Assembly (NCBI GenBank): GCA_964591275.1
Contig: CAZQAE010000023.1
Coordinates: 6,333-70,332 of the forward strand
DNA: 64,000 bases
From: an uncultured bacterium
GTDB lineage: Bacteria; Lernaellota; Lernaellaia; JACKCT01
Direction: 5' to 3'
Within the stretch, counting starts at the first letter, position 1, and every line of letters starts with the position of its first letter. The notes under the pieces are model-generated. The model saw only the letters and a program-made list of their open reading frames with translations. It was not told the origin of the DNA and searched no databases. The position numbers were made by a program, and so were the translations under genes. Below are positions 28,075 to 38,258 of the stretch, piece after piece.

Positions 28075-28917
28075 TCAGCGATAATACTTGCCGCGTCCAA
28101 ATCCCAGGCCGACCCGGAGATAGGGCCCCATGAATCGGTCCAGAACCGGCCTTTCCAGCCGACCGTGCTTGATCTGCCAGAAGTAGGTGATCAATTCCCC
28201 CTGGTATCCGATTTGAATGAACAGTGGAATATTCGTCGCCTTGCGATAATAGTCGTCTTTGGATTTCCAAAGGGGATTTTGCAGCTCGAACCCAATCCCC
28301 ACGTCTCCCGGCACTCCCTCCTTAGCCCCGGCAAAATCGGGAAAAGAACCCCGGTCCTTGCAGATTCCCGGATCGTCGATATTGCTGTAAATCGTGCCCT
28401 CTGAACTCAGGTTGTAGGGCACGCAACGCTCGTCTCCGTTGACCACGAAATTCGTGTATGACCAACCCAATCCAAAAAATGGATAAACGAGATAGCGACG
28501 CTGAACGATGTTGTAGCCCACGTGAAAAAGCAAATGAACGCCGGAAAGCATGGCGCCGGTATCAGGCCCTTTCCGTAATTGTTTATAGTATTGGAGCATA
28601 ATATCGCCCATGAAGGACTTTTGCGTGTAGGCTAGGCGAATCCCCGAAACAGGAGTAGCTCGCTGAAGATATCCTTCGCCGTTGGGATATCCGAAATCCT
28701 CGACGCGCCCCTGCCCGATGTAGTTGTTGATATCGGAATGATCGATAAAATGAACGGAGGTGAATGCCTGCAAACTCACCAGCGAGCTGGGACGCCAGGG
28801 AGCATGATTGTCCGCTTCTTCTTTGGCCTCCACCTCATCGGCAACGGCGTATTCAGCCGAAAGCAGCATGGTCATGGCAAGGCAGGCCGTAACCGCAATG
28901 TACAACGCATATTTCAT
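28075..28917 (-). CDS. Secreted, possibly outer-membrane, protein (280 aa) with signal peptide
   Basis: The N-terminus is MKYALYIAVTACLAMTMLLSAEYAVA. It is Gly/Tyr-rich and beta-strand-like. Confidence 0.45.
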   Translation of the reverse strand: MKYALYIAVTACLAMTMLLSAEYAVADEVEAKEEADNHAPWRPSSLVSLQAFTSVHFIDHSDINNYIGQGRVEDFGYPNGEGYLQRATPVSGIRLAYTQKSFMGDIMLQYYKQLRKGPDTGAMLSGVHLLFHVGYNIVQRRYLVYPFFGLGWSYTNFVVNGDERCVPYNLSSEGTIYSNIDDPGICKDRGSFPDFAGAKEGVPGDVGIGFELQNPLWKSKDDYYRKATNIPLFIQIGYQGELITYFWQIKHGRLERPVLDRFMGPYLRVGLGFGRGKYYR

Positions 28918-29112
28918 AAATCAGCACCCTCCGTCTTCGGACAGGAATATTTTATCACAGGATTTGTGCAAAAAGGGAAGTGCTATTCCCTCTAAAACGA
29001 GCATTTTGTTCATTGGAGGCTTCTTAGGACCATGGACGGTCCGGCGCATTGATTGACGAACGCAGTTCCCATCGCTAATGTTTGCCCCTGTTTTCTTATG
29101 GGATATTCAGGC

Positions 29113-30072
29113 ATGTTCGATAAAAGGCTACTTTTCATAACCGGCAAAGGCGGCGTCGGCAAAACCACCATCGCGGCATCCATTGCCATCGCTGCCAAGG
29201 AGTTGGGCTTAAAGACTTTGCTGGTGGAGATCGGGATCACGCAGAATCTGGAGCAGATTTTCAGAAAGTGGCTCCCCGTTTATGACATCACACATATCGA
29301 AGACGGGCTCCACGTCATCCGCATCGATCCACTCCGGGCTTTGGAAGAATACATTGCATTATCGCTCAAGATGCAATGGGCGGCCAAGAAGTTCATGGAC
29401 ATGGAAATGATCCGATATCTCCTGCAATTTCTTCCCGCCTGGCGCGACCTGATGATCCTCGGAAAGATATGGAAATTGGAGCAGGAGCTTGAAAAGGGCA
29501 AAGGCGGCCATCCAAAATGGGATTTGATTGTCGTGGATTCTCCAGCAACGGGGCACGGCATCAACTTCTTTCGCATACCGCAGGTCATCCTCGACACCTT
29601 GAGGACAGGGACGCTGCGCAAGCAGACGGAAGCCGTGCATAAGATGATGACCGATCCGGCGCGCACGCAGATCAACGTTGTGAGCCTGGCCGAAGAAATG
29701 CCCATCAATGAATCCATCGAAATCCATCAGGCCACGATTGAAACGCTGAAAATGCCCTTCGGCCGAGTGTTCATTAATATGATGCCCCCGAAAATCCTGG
29801 GCGACAAACAGCTCAAGATCATCGACGAAATGAAAAAGGACAAAAAGGCGCTCAAAGTCCTCAACAGCTTTTTCCCCGGCGGTCATCAGAGATTAATCAC
29901 AGCCGCTCGGCAGCAATCAGCCCGTCGCAAACTCGCCGAAAGCTACGTCGCTGCCGGTCGCGAAAAAATCGATGCCGAATTCATTGAACTGCCCCATGTT
30001 TTCCGCGAAACAATGGACCGTGAAGGCTTGGGACTGCTCGCCCGCGAAATCATCGACCGAGTTAACCAGTGA
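29113..30072 (+). CDS. ArsA/GET3-family P-loop ATPase
   Basis: A deviant Walker A GKGGVGKTT lies at the N-terminus, and there is an ArsA-like switch region (DSPATGHG). Confidence 0.7.
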   Translation: MFDKRLLFITGKGGVGKTTIAASIAIAAKELGLKTLLVEIGITQNLEQIFRKWLPVYDITHIEDGLHVIRIDPLRALEEYIALSLKMQWAAKKFMDMEMIRYLLQFLPAWRDLMILGKIWKLEQELEKGKGGHPKWDLIVVDSPATGHGINFFRIPQVILDTLRTGTLRKQTEAVHKMMTDPARTQINVVSLAEEMPINESIEIHQATIETLKMPFGRVFINMMPPKILGDKQLKIIDEMKKDKKALKVLNSFFPGGHQRLITAARQQSARRKLAESYVAAGREKIDAEFIELPHVFRETMDREGLGLLAREIIDRVNQ

Positions 30073-30149
30073 TTCGGATCAGTATAGGAGCGGTTTGTAA
30101 CCGCGATGCAAAAAACCGCCATCCCCGCGCACATCTGTCAGCGTAGTCT

Positions 30150-32126
30150 CTATTGCAGATAGCCTAATGAACGCAGCCTATTAATCGTTTCATCGTCCAA
30201 TCTTAGCGTCGTGCCTTCTTCGATACGCGAAGCGAATTTTTCATTTTCCTCGGCGATGACTTTATCCAGGGCGGCGGCGGCTTCCGGAGTATGGATGTTG
30301 CTCTTTTCCCCCGGATCATTGGCCAGGTCGAAAAGAAGCCAATCGTGTCCGAATTTCTCCATCGCATTTTCATTGGGATGATATGGCTCAAGCAGTTTAT
30401 GCGTGGTCGTTCTGGCGCTGAAACGATGCGCTCCCTGATGTTCGCTGATCCATGAAAACTGGGTTTCTGAAAAGACAGGCCCCGTCGCGGCAAGCTTTTC
30501 CAAAAGTTCCGGCACTCCTCGCTCCCCGCATGACAGGCGCAGGTTCATCTCCGGCGTCTGCCCAGCCACCGACATTATCAGGTCCGCAATCGCTTTGGAT
30601 GGAATCGAACGGTCCGAGAGCCTTGCGCCCGCGCACGCGCCACGAGGAAATTTGACGATAAGGGGAACACGGATGCTTTCGTCGAAAAGATGTTGGGAAT
30701 GACCCCACGCGCCGTGTTCGTAGAATTCCTCACCGTGGTCGGATACGACAACGATCATGGCGTTGTCGTATCGCCCCGCTCTTCTTAACATCTCAAAAAA
30801 CCGCCCCAGAACAAAATCCACGGAAAGTATCAGTTCATCGTAACGATCAATGGAAGAGCGTGCGGCGTGTTCGGGCGCGCCATTCGCCCACCGGAGGAAA
30901 TCCCCGAAATCGCTGCCAATCTCGGCATTGAGAAAAGGCGTCGGCGGTCCGAAATGCGTGTAAAGCTCCGGCGGTGGTTTGTAGGGATAGTGGAGATCGA
31001 AGAGATGAAGAAAAAGAAAGCTCGGTGCGTTTTCCGCGAGAAACCAGCCGGCGGCTTCCCGTGTTGTCGTTGCGGCGTCTTGAGAATCCTTAAAGGAAAA
31101 AACATCGAAACCGCTGTCGAAACCGAATTTCTGGGACACAAGGATTCCCGTCACGTAAGCGGCGGTTCGATACCCCTTTTGCTTAAGCAGTTCCGGGAAA
31201 ACGGTCATTTTCGGATCTATCGACGAAAGCGGCTCCACGGCGCCGTGTTCATAGGGCAAAAGACCCGTGAACATGGAGGCGTGGCTCGGCAAGGTCCACG
31301 GCGCATGCGCGATGAAGTGCTCCGCAAGAACACCCTCTTTGGCCAGTAGATCAAGATTCGGCGAGGTGTTTCTCTCATATCCATAGCTGGATAAATGATC
31401 GGCCCGCAAGGTATCGATGCTGATAAAGATGATCTCGGGCGAATCATATGGGAGCATTTCCGTGGCGCTGCGGCCCAGCGTCGTCATGAAGATCAATATC
31501 AGAACAAGAGAAACGGGAACGGCAATTCGCGAAGGTTTTCCGCTTTGCCAAGCTGCGGATTTTCCGCCAGGGAAGAGCTTCGCGACAAGATGGAGAATCA
31601 CCAGAAGGATTAAGCTGACAATTCCGAAGAAGGTTATTGCCGTGGCGCGAAAACGAAGAGGCTCTTGTTCCAGGCCAAAGGAGATGATCGACTTTAACAA
31701 CTGCCCGGCACCGGCCCACCTGACGATAATCCGGGCGCCGAACAAGGCTCCATTCGTTTCAAAAAACATCAGCGCCAGATGCAACAGAGGCGTCGCAATA
31801 ATCCATATGGCGGCTAAAATCCCCAGTTTCAGCCGATGCCTTCCTCCCAGGACCCGCGCGATTGTGGCTATGATCGCCAGCCACAGACCGAAGATCAAGC
31901 CGTTTGCGAGCACCGGACCAAGCTGCGCCTGCACCATCGCCAATAGAACGCCGGGGAGGTCTCGCTCCATATACTGATGCGGCCCGGCCTTCCCTAAACC
32001 GACAACAACTCCGCCAATGCCGAATAGAGCCGCGACGACAAGCCAGACATTGAGAAAGCGCAGCACTGAATCAAGGCTTAATCCCCTGCCTGATTCGGCT
32101 TGATTTTTCTGGTCTTGCTTTGGCAT
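30150..32126 (-). CDS. Membrane-anchored sulfatase-like (alkaline-phosphatase superfamily) phosphotransferase of the LtaS/MdoB/EptA type, not a formylglycine sulfatase
   Basis: An N-terminal block of multiple TM helices is followed by metal-site motif IIFISIDTLRADHL. The nucleophile region APWTLPSHASMFTG has Thr and His where true sulfatases have C-x-P-x-R. Confidence 0.7.
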   Translation of the reverse strand: MPKQDQKNQAESGRGLSLDSVLRFLNVWLVVAALFGIGGVVVGLGKAGPHQYMERDLPGVLLAMVQAQLGPVLANGLIFGLWLAIIATIARVLGGRHRLKLGILAAIWIIATPLLHLALMFFETNGALFGARIIVRWAGAGQLLKSIISFGLEQEPLRFRATAITFFGIVSLILLVILHLVAKLFPGGKSAAWQSGKPSRIAVPVSLVLILIFMTTLGRSATEMLPYDSPEIIFISIDTLRADHLSSYGYERNTSPNLDLLAKEGVLAEHFIAHAPWTLPSHASMFTGLLPYEHGAVEPLSSIDPKMTVFPELLKQKGYRTAAYVTGILVSQKFGFDSGFDVFSFKDSQDAATTTREAAGWFLAENAPSFLFLHLFDLHYPYKPPPELYTHFGPPTPFLNAEIGSDFGDFLRWANGAPEHAARSSIDRYDELILSVDFVLGRFFEMLRRAGRYDNAMIVVVSDHGEEFYEHGAWGHSQHLFDESIRVPLIVKFPRGACAGARLSDRSIPSKAIADLIMSVAGQTPEMNLRLSCGERGVPELLEKLAATGPVFSETQFSWISEHQGAHRFSARTTTHKLLEPYHPNENAMEKFGHDWLLFDLANDPGEKSNIHTPEAAAALDKVIAEENEKFASRIEEGTTLRLDDETINRLRSLGYLQ

Positions 32127-32134
32127 GAAAGTCG

Positions 32135-32509
32135 CTATTCAGCGGGTTGCGTGGATGGTTCTTCGCTCGGCTTTTCAGTCTCCGAGTTTTCCGATGCGTC
32201 GTCCGCGCTTTCGTCTTCAGGCATTTCTGGCCACTTGTCCCAATCGACATCGCCCGCTTCATTGTCTTTCGGTGCATCGGGGGGCGTGGCGAAATCTTGC
32301 GGGTCTCCTATGGTCTTTTCGCCGTAAAGATCGAGTATTTCCTTTTCGTCCGCTTCTGGCCTGGGCTTTGGAGCGCCAATTCCCACAACCGGCTTCCGGC
32401 CCTCTTTCACCAGTTCGGGCGCAACAGGCTCTGTTTTTAAACCACAATGCACGCAGAAAAGAAGCAACGTAAATGTCACGGCAACGCAGAATGATTTGAA
32501 TTTTTTCAT
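32135..32509 (-). CDS. Small acidic lipoprotein, 8 nt upstream of the LtaS-like gene start (same operon)
   Basis: It begins MKKFKSFCVAVTFTLLLFCVHCG and has an Asp/Glu-rich tail. The start at 32509 is preferred over the track's 32614. Confidence 0.55.
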   Translation of the reverse strand: MKKFKSFCVAVTFTLLLFCVHCGLKTEPVAPELVKEGRKPVVGIGAPKPRPEADEKEILDLYGEKTIGDPQDFATPPDAPKDNEAGDVDWDKWPEMPEDESADDASENSETEKPSEEPSTQPAE

Positions 32510-32646
32510 CAGACCTTTACTCTTCTCGCTTGCCGAGCCTTTCAGGATATGCAAGCTGCCGGTCAGAAAAACGACTTGGCATATATTGCAGATAAAACTG
32601 GCAATATCCAACAATTACTTTTATACTTGCATCAAGGAGTTTTGCC

Positions 32647-33100
32647 CATGCCCGGCACAGAGACATTTACAGATTTCTTGAAGCGCAGGAAAGAGGAGTT
32701 CAATAAGGAACCCTCGGTCGATTGGGATAAAGAAAAAGAGGATTGGATTGCTTCCGTTGATGCGCTATATAAAAAAATTGAACGGTGGCTCAAGCAGGCG
32801 CAAGACGAGGATTTGCTGAAAATTCAATATGAAGATGAGGAATTGTCAGAAGAGAGATTGGGAAGCTATAAAATTCGCTCGATGCATATCGATTCGGAGT
32901 TCATTCGTGTGAAAATCCGTCCGGTGGCACGCATTGTCATCGGCGGCAAGGGACGCCTTGATATGATCTGCGGATCAAAGAAAATGATGATTGTTCGTAG
33001 TGATGATAAGTGGAAATTCGCGATTAGAACGCCCAAGTTTGAGTCCTGGCCTCTTAACAAAAAATCGTTCACGGAAATTTTACAAGAAATGATGGAATGA
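32647..33100 (+). CDS. Hypothetical protein (151 aa), first gene of a low-GC two-gene insert
   Basis: An RBS AAGGAG lies 8 nt upstream of ATG 32647. The stop overlaps the next start as ATGA. The track ORF starts at 32549. Confidence 0.5.
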
Positions 33101-33681
33101 CGCGCAAGAAGATTCCCTTGAATCCTGACCGACCGCGCGTCAGGGAAATATGGGATTATTACGCGGCATCGACAAAAGCGCTGAAGCTTTATCAGAAAGA
33201 ACTTCTCGATTCTCTGGCAAACGAGAATGTTCAATCCGATTCGAATGAAGCCCGCTTTATGCCAAAAAGTGAAGTTTTCGACCTTTTGGAGAGTTATTAT
33301 ACGGAACTCTCACAAGAAGTGGTGCTCACCCTAAGTTCCATTTTTGAAGCCGAATTGAGACTGGATTATCAACACAGAGTTCGCAATCGCTTTAAGGACG
33401 ATATCAGCAAAAGTTTTCGGGTGTTGCATAAGAAACATGGCGAGAGAATACGCATGGAAACATTGCTGAACGTCTGGAAAAAACGATACTCCGAGTGCGG
33501 ACGTCACATCAGTCTTTTCGAAAGACTTATACTATTCAGACATTGGCTGGCTCATGGAAGATATTGGATTAATAAGTCCGATGAATTTACGCCGGAACTT
33601 TCGCTGACTTGCGCCGATAATCTTTTCACATCGTTGCCCAACTTTGATACGTGGGAATCAATCGATCAGCCGAATACCTAA
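33097..33681 (+). CDS. HEPN-like (Abi-type) protein, 194 aa
   Basis: The C-terminal helix carries an Rx4H motif (ERLILFRHWLAHGRYW). It is translationally coupled to the upstream gene, and the G+C content is lower than in flanking genes. Confidence 0.45.
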   Translation: MTRKKIPLNPDRPRVREIWDYYAASTKALKLYQKELLDSLANENVQSDSNEARFMPKSEVFDLLESYYTELSQEVVLTLSSIFEAELRLDYQHRVRNRFKDDISKSFRVLHKKHGERIRMETLLNVWKKRYSECGRHISLFERLILFRHWLAHGRYWINKSDEFTPELSLTCADNLFTSLPNFDTWESIDQPNT

Positions 33682-33780
33682 TCAATTGAAATCGCTCCCT
33701 CCACCATGACATCGACAAAACCGCGACCTTGAATTGACGCGGCGCGACTCAATGGATATTGTTTGTTTTCTGGAGCGACC

Positions 33781-35376
33781 ATGACGCATGAATGTGACTA
33801 TTTAGTAATCGGTTCGGGCATTGCCGGACTTTCGTACGCGCTCAAAGCCGCGGCCTGTGGCCCTGTCATTATCGTCACGAAATGCGGGCCGGAAGAAACG
33901 AACACAAAATACGCGCAGGGCGGAATTGCCTCCGTCTTTTCCGACCAGGACGATTTCGACCTGCATGTTCGGGATACTTTGGAAGCGGGCGCCGGACTGT
34001 GCCACGAAGATGTTGTACGTATGGTGGTGGAATCAGGCCCCGCCAGGATACGCGAACTGATCGATTGGGGCGTTGAATTCACGCGCAACGAGCAAGAGGG
34101 AAAGGGCTACGATCTGCATTTGGAGGGCGGCCACAGCCGGAAGCGCATCCTGCATGCCGCGGACCTGACCGGAGCCGCCATCGAAAAGGCGCTGCTGGAA
34201 AGAGTGCGCGAACACCCAAATATCAAAATCCTCGATCACCACATGGCCGTTGATCTGATTATGAAGCGAAAAATCGACGGCGACATCGAAAACGACCGAT
34301 GCCTGGGCGCCTACGTACTCAACACAAAATCCGGCAAAATTCCCACCTACGTCGCAAAAACAACGCTCCTGGCGACCGGCGGCATGGGGAAAATTTATCT
34401 GGTCACATCGAACCCCGACATCGCCAGCGGGGACGGAATCGCCATCGCGTTTCGCGCGGGTGCCGCTGTCGCCAACATGGAATTTATGCAGTTCCACCCC
34501 ACGTGCCTCTTTCATCCGCTAGCAAGGAATTTTCTCATCACCGAGGCCCTGCGCGGCGCCGGAGCCGTTCTCGTGGATAAAAACGGCCATGAGTTCATGC
34601 AGCGCTATGATGAGCGCGGCAGCCTTGCGCCCAGAGACATCGTCGCTCGCGCCATCGACAGCGAGATTAAAAAAAGCGGCAGCGAGTGCCTGTACCTCGA
34701 CATCACGCACAAACCGGCCAGCGAAGTGAAAACCGAATTTCCCAACATTTACCAAAGATGCCTTGGTTTTGATATCGACATCACAAAGGCACTGATCCCT
34801 GTTGCGCCCGGCGCCCATTACCAATGCGGCGGGATCCTCGTGGACAAGGACGGAAAAACGACGACCCCGAACCTCTACGCCATCGGGGAGGTCAGTTGCA
34901 CCGGAATGCACGGCGCCAATCGGCTTGCCTCAAATTCACTTCTGGAAGCCGCCGTTTACGCACACAGAGCCGCCGGCAGTTCCACAAGCGAGGATGCAAA
35001 GATCATTAATCCGAATCTGGTCAAAGCCTGGGACCCCGGGCACGCAACGGATTCGGACGAGATGGTCGTGGTCACGCACAACTGGGACGAAATCCGGCGA
35101 CTCATGCAGAACTACGTGAGTATTGTGCGAACGGATCGTCGCCTGGAGCGAGCGAAGACCCGGATTGACAACTTGAAGCGGGAAATCAGACAATATTTTT
35201 GGGATTTCATCATCACGCAGGATCTTCTGGAACTGCGCAACCTCGCCGAATCCGCCGACCTCGTCATCCGTTGCGCCATGGCCAGGCGCGAATCACGCGG
35301 ACTGCATTACAGTCTCGACTGCCCAGGGGTCGGCAAAATCGAACACTCAAAAGACACAATCATAACGAAGCATTGA
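33781..35376 (+). CDS. nadB: L-aspartate oxidase
   Basis: The FAD-binding N-terminus is DYLVIGSGIAGLSYAL. The flavoprotein motifs AQGGIA and RPGDIVA-like ones are present, and the length is 531 aa. Confidence 0.85.
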   Translation: MTHECDYLVIGSGIAGLSYALKAAACGPVIIVTKCGPEETNTKYAQGGIASVFSDQDDFDLHVRDTLEAGAGLCHEDVVRMVVESGPARIRELIDWGVEFTRNEQEGKGYDLHLEGGHSRKRILHAADLTGAAIEKALLERVREHPNIKILDHHMAVDLIMKRKIDGDIENDRCLGAYVLNTKSGKIPTYVAKTTLLATGGMGKIYLVTSNPDIASGDGIAIAFRAGAAVANMEFMQFHPTCLFHPLARNFLITEALRGAGAVLVDKNGHEFMQRYDERGSLAPRDIVARAIDSEIKKSGSECLYLDITHKPASEVKTEFPNIYQRCLGFDIDITKALIPVAPGAHYQCGGILVDKDGKTTTPNLYAIGEVSCTGMHGANRLASNSLLEAAVYAHRAAGSSTSEDAKIINPNLVKAWDPGHATDSDEMVVVTHNWDEIRRLMQNYVSIVRTDRRLERAKTRIDNLKREIRQYFWDFIITQDLLELRNLAESADLVIRCAMARRESRGLHYSLDCPGVGKIEHSKDTIITKH

Positions 35377-35572
35377 TTCTGACGATTCACGAGCCACAGC
35401 TTGTGACTTTTTCTTTAAAAACGGGTATTTTTACCAAACCCCATTGTCATGACATTTGTGAACGTGTAAAATGCAAATCTAGAGAAACCCAGTCTGCTCG
35501 TTCCACCGTACGAGCCGACGCAGACCCTACCGTTTCAATGAACGCTCCACCAATATCCGGGAGATCACGGCG

Positions 35573-36991
35573 ATGAGAAGTCCGACCTTAATAATTTCAA
35601 TTTCTGTTTTCATGATTTTTGTCGGCGCATTCGGCGCGGATATTTCCTCGGCATCGCCTTCGGTGAAAGGTGAATTCCAGATCATCGACGGCATTCGCGT
35701 GCTGCATGTGTGGGGCTCACATTACGAAATGGGCTACGCACACGGCTATTTGCTGGCCGATGATATTGTTGAGTTGTTTGACAAAATTTTAGTGCCATTA
35801 ATCGGCAACGCCGAAGGCATGGAAGAAAACCGAGTGCTCTTTCGCGACCGCTACGCCATGCCCGCGTGGCACATGGAAGAAACCCAGGGGATTATCGACG
35901 GTATCGCCGCATCAAGCGCCGGCCTTTTCGTACCGGTTTTGGGCCGGGATCTGGACGCGGATGATTTGGGGACAATGGATTCATTGTCCGACATACGCAC
36001 GGTGTACGAATGCTCATCGTTCGCCGCATGGATTGAATCTACAACATCGGATGCCGTGTTGCTTGGCGAATCGGCGCTTGCGCGCAATCTCGACTGGTTT
36101 GCGCCCTTTGGTCGTCCATACATGCTGGCGAAAAATACTCTTGTCATAGGTCGTGAACCGGATGACGCCCGCGCTACATTGACGGTCAGTTTTTCCGGAT
36201 TAACGGGTTGTTATTCGTGCATGAACGAAGCCGGCGTCGCCACGACGCGAATGATGTCCAATCACGGCACGCCGGGATGGCAGATGGATTTTTCCCGTCC
36301 CTTTACTCCCCTCAACATTGTCATGCGCGACGCTCTGCAGGCGCAAGACGTGGACGGAGACGGCGCCTCAACGGTGGCCGACCTGGCATTAGCGCTTTCG
36401 GAGTCGGTGCGTTCTTCGGCATACAACATCATGATCGTCGGTCCAACCAGCGCCGGACACGAACCGGTTGTCGCCGAAATCAACCACAAAGAGTTCGCTT
36501 TGCGTAGCGGTGCGGATAATACGGAACTGCCATCCAGCGTTCTGGCTTCGGTCAATAATATGCGCAAGTTGTACCCGCCGTATCCCGATGGTCGCTACAA
36601 CGCCATGAAGCGCGATGTCCTGGGCTGGAACGGCGAGATTACTTTGTCGCGGATGTGGGAGGTCCTACAGAGTATGAGCGACCAGTGGATGGCGACGCAG
36701 GCCATGATCTTCGTACCTTTCAACCGTAGTCTGGCCATTTCGTATACGGATGCCGAAGGACTGGCGCCCTTCAAATCACCCGTCTGGCTCGCGTGGGATG
36801 ATGTATTTGACCTTGGAGGCGATGACGACGACGTGGATGACGATGTTGATGATGACGACTCGGACGACGACGATTGGTTGCCCGATGACGATTCAGATGA
36901 CGATGACGCCAATGATGATGACAGCGAAGCAATGGATAATTCCATTGAAACCGACGAGGGGGATTCCGCAGGCAGAGGCTGCGGGTGTTAG
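35573..36991 (+). CDS. Secreted Ntn-hydrolase (peptidase C45 / acyl-CoA:6-APA acyltransferase-like) with C-terminal polyAsp tail ending GCGC
   Basis: It has a signal peptide. A putative autoproteolytic Cys lies in YECSSFAAW. The C-terminus is ...DDDDVDDDVDDDDSDDDDWLPDDDSDDDDANDDD...DSAGRGCGC*. Confidence 0.5.
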   Translation: MRSPTLIISISVFMIFVGAFGADISSASPSVKGEFQIIDGIRVLHVWGSHYEMGYAHGYLLADDIVELFDKILVPLIGNAEGMEENRVLFRDRYAMPAWHMEETQGIIDGIAASSAGLFVPVLGRDLDADDLGTMDSLSDIRTVYECSSFAAWIESTTSDAVLLGESALARNLDWFAPFGRPYMLAKNTLVIGREPDDARATLTVSFSGLTGCYSCMNEAGVATTRMMSNHGTPGWQMDFSRPFTPLNIVMRDALQAQDVDGDGASTVADLALALSESVRSSAYNIMIVGPTSAGHEPVVAEINHKEFALRSGADNTELPSSVLASVNNMRKLYPPYPDGRYNAMKRDVLGWNGEITLSRMWEVLQSMSDQWMATQAMIFVPFNRSLAISYTDAEGLAPFKSPVWLAWDDVFDLGGDDDDVDDDVDDDDSDDDDWLPDDDSDDDDANDDDSEAMDNSIETDEGDSAGRGCGC

Positions 36992-37265
36992 GAACGGCGA
37001 ATTGAAATGAAGCCCGCGAAGGATTCACGAATACCATAGCGTAATGCGCCATGCACCGCCCTATACGCTGCTTTTCCAAAACTTCGGGCTGTGGGCCGCC
37101 GCAGGCTACACAAAAGCCCCCTTTTTTCTCCCCTATGCCAATTTCGGATTGACGCATGGACCATGACTTGGTTAATATTAAGATCCTTGGTGGGTCTCAA
37201 AAATGAATGACAGGTGGATTTTTCTCCTGCGGAGCTAAGGCGTACGTGTTTGCCGGTCAAACGGA

Positions 37266-37493
37266 ATGGGGGCACTGATGAAATGCAAGGCGACAACAAA
37301 ATCAGGAAATCCGTGTAAGGCAAACGCCATGCATGGATCGGATTACTGCGTAACTCATGCAAGGATAACGAGCGGCGAAAAGAAAGCCGAAGAATCACCG
37401 CCAAAACCAATTGACGAGTCGAAAACGTCCGGTGCAACAAAAGCACAGACACAAAATATTTCAATGAAAACAGGGGGGGGTTGGCATGGATGA
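37266..37493 (+). CDS. Small (75 aa) protein with N-terminal CxxxxxxGxxCxxxAxxGxxYCxxH zinc-ribbon-like motif
   Basis: The motif is CKATTKSGNPCKANAMHGSDYCVTH. It overlaps the next gene by 8 nt. Confidence 0.4.
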   Translation: MGALMKCKATTKSGNPCKANAMHGSDYCVTHARITSGEKKAEESPPKPIDESKTSGATKAQTQNISMKTGGGWHG

Positions 37494-37971
37494 AAGAAGA
37501 AAAAACGTTAGTCTGATTTCCGGCGTGGCTCTTCTGCTGGCCATTGCCGCAATTCTGATGTTCGGTTGGAGCCAAATGGCATATTCGCCCTTTCAGCAGG
37601 AAGATCAGGATATGATCAATGGCAAGCTCGACCACCTCGGCAACGGTCTTCACAAACTCGAGGATCAGCTCAACGAGCTCAATAATGTCGACAAAAATGC
37701 ATGGCAGTTGTACCAGCTGAAAAACCTGCAGAACACAGTGGACTTTCTCAGCGCGGCCGGCGCCGACGATTACAAAGCCGACTACAACAAAATCCAGGGC
37801 GATGTTACGGCGCTGATTGCAAAGATCGGAGGCCGGAAAGCCGCTTTAAAAGGAAGCAATCCGAAAGCGACTCTGAAGGGTGATTGCCCCATGGCCAAAA
37901 AGGGTGATTGTCCGAAAGCCGGCGCCCTTAAAGCTAAAGCAGAAAAGGCTAAGGCCAAAGCAAAGAAATAA
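37486..37971 (+). CDS. Single-pass membrane coiled-coil protein with Lys/Ala-rich tail (161 aa)
   Basis: The TM helix is VALLLAIAAILMF. There are heptad-like segments, and the C-terminus is AKAEKAKAKAKK. Confidence 0.45.
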   Translation: MDERRKNVSLISGVALLLAIAAILMFGWSQMAYSPFQQEDQDMINGKLDHLGNGLHKLEDQLNELNNVDKNAWQLYQLKNLQNTVDFLSAAGADDYKADYNKIQGDVTALIAKIGGRKAALKGSNPKATLKGDCPMAKKGDCPKAGALKAKAEKAKAKAKK

Positions 37972-38258
37972 CGCCGATTGCGTAAATAGCTCATACGATC
38001 AAAAATCCCCGCGATCACATTGTGATGGCGGGGATTTTATTTAAAGTGGGGTGATCGGTTAGCGCCACATATGCTCAGGCATCCTGATCTATGGGAATTA
38101 TGGGAATTAAAGTGGGACAATACGAATTTTCCTTCGCTTTCGAAAAGTCCCGCAGGGACAGCTGAAAATAACCCGTCGATTCATCGGCGGGATTACGGAT
38201 GGTGCAGAAATTTTCGTCCTGTAGGGACGATTGAAATCAACCGGAGGTATGAATCACG

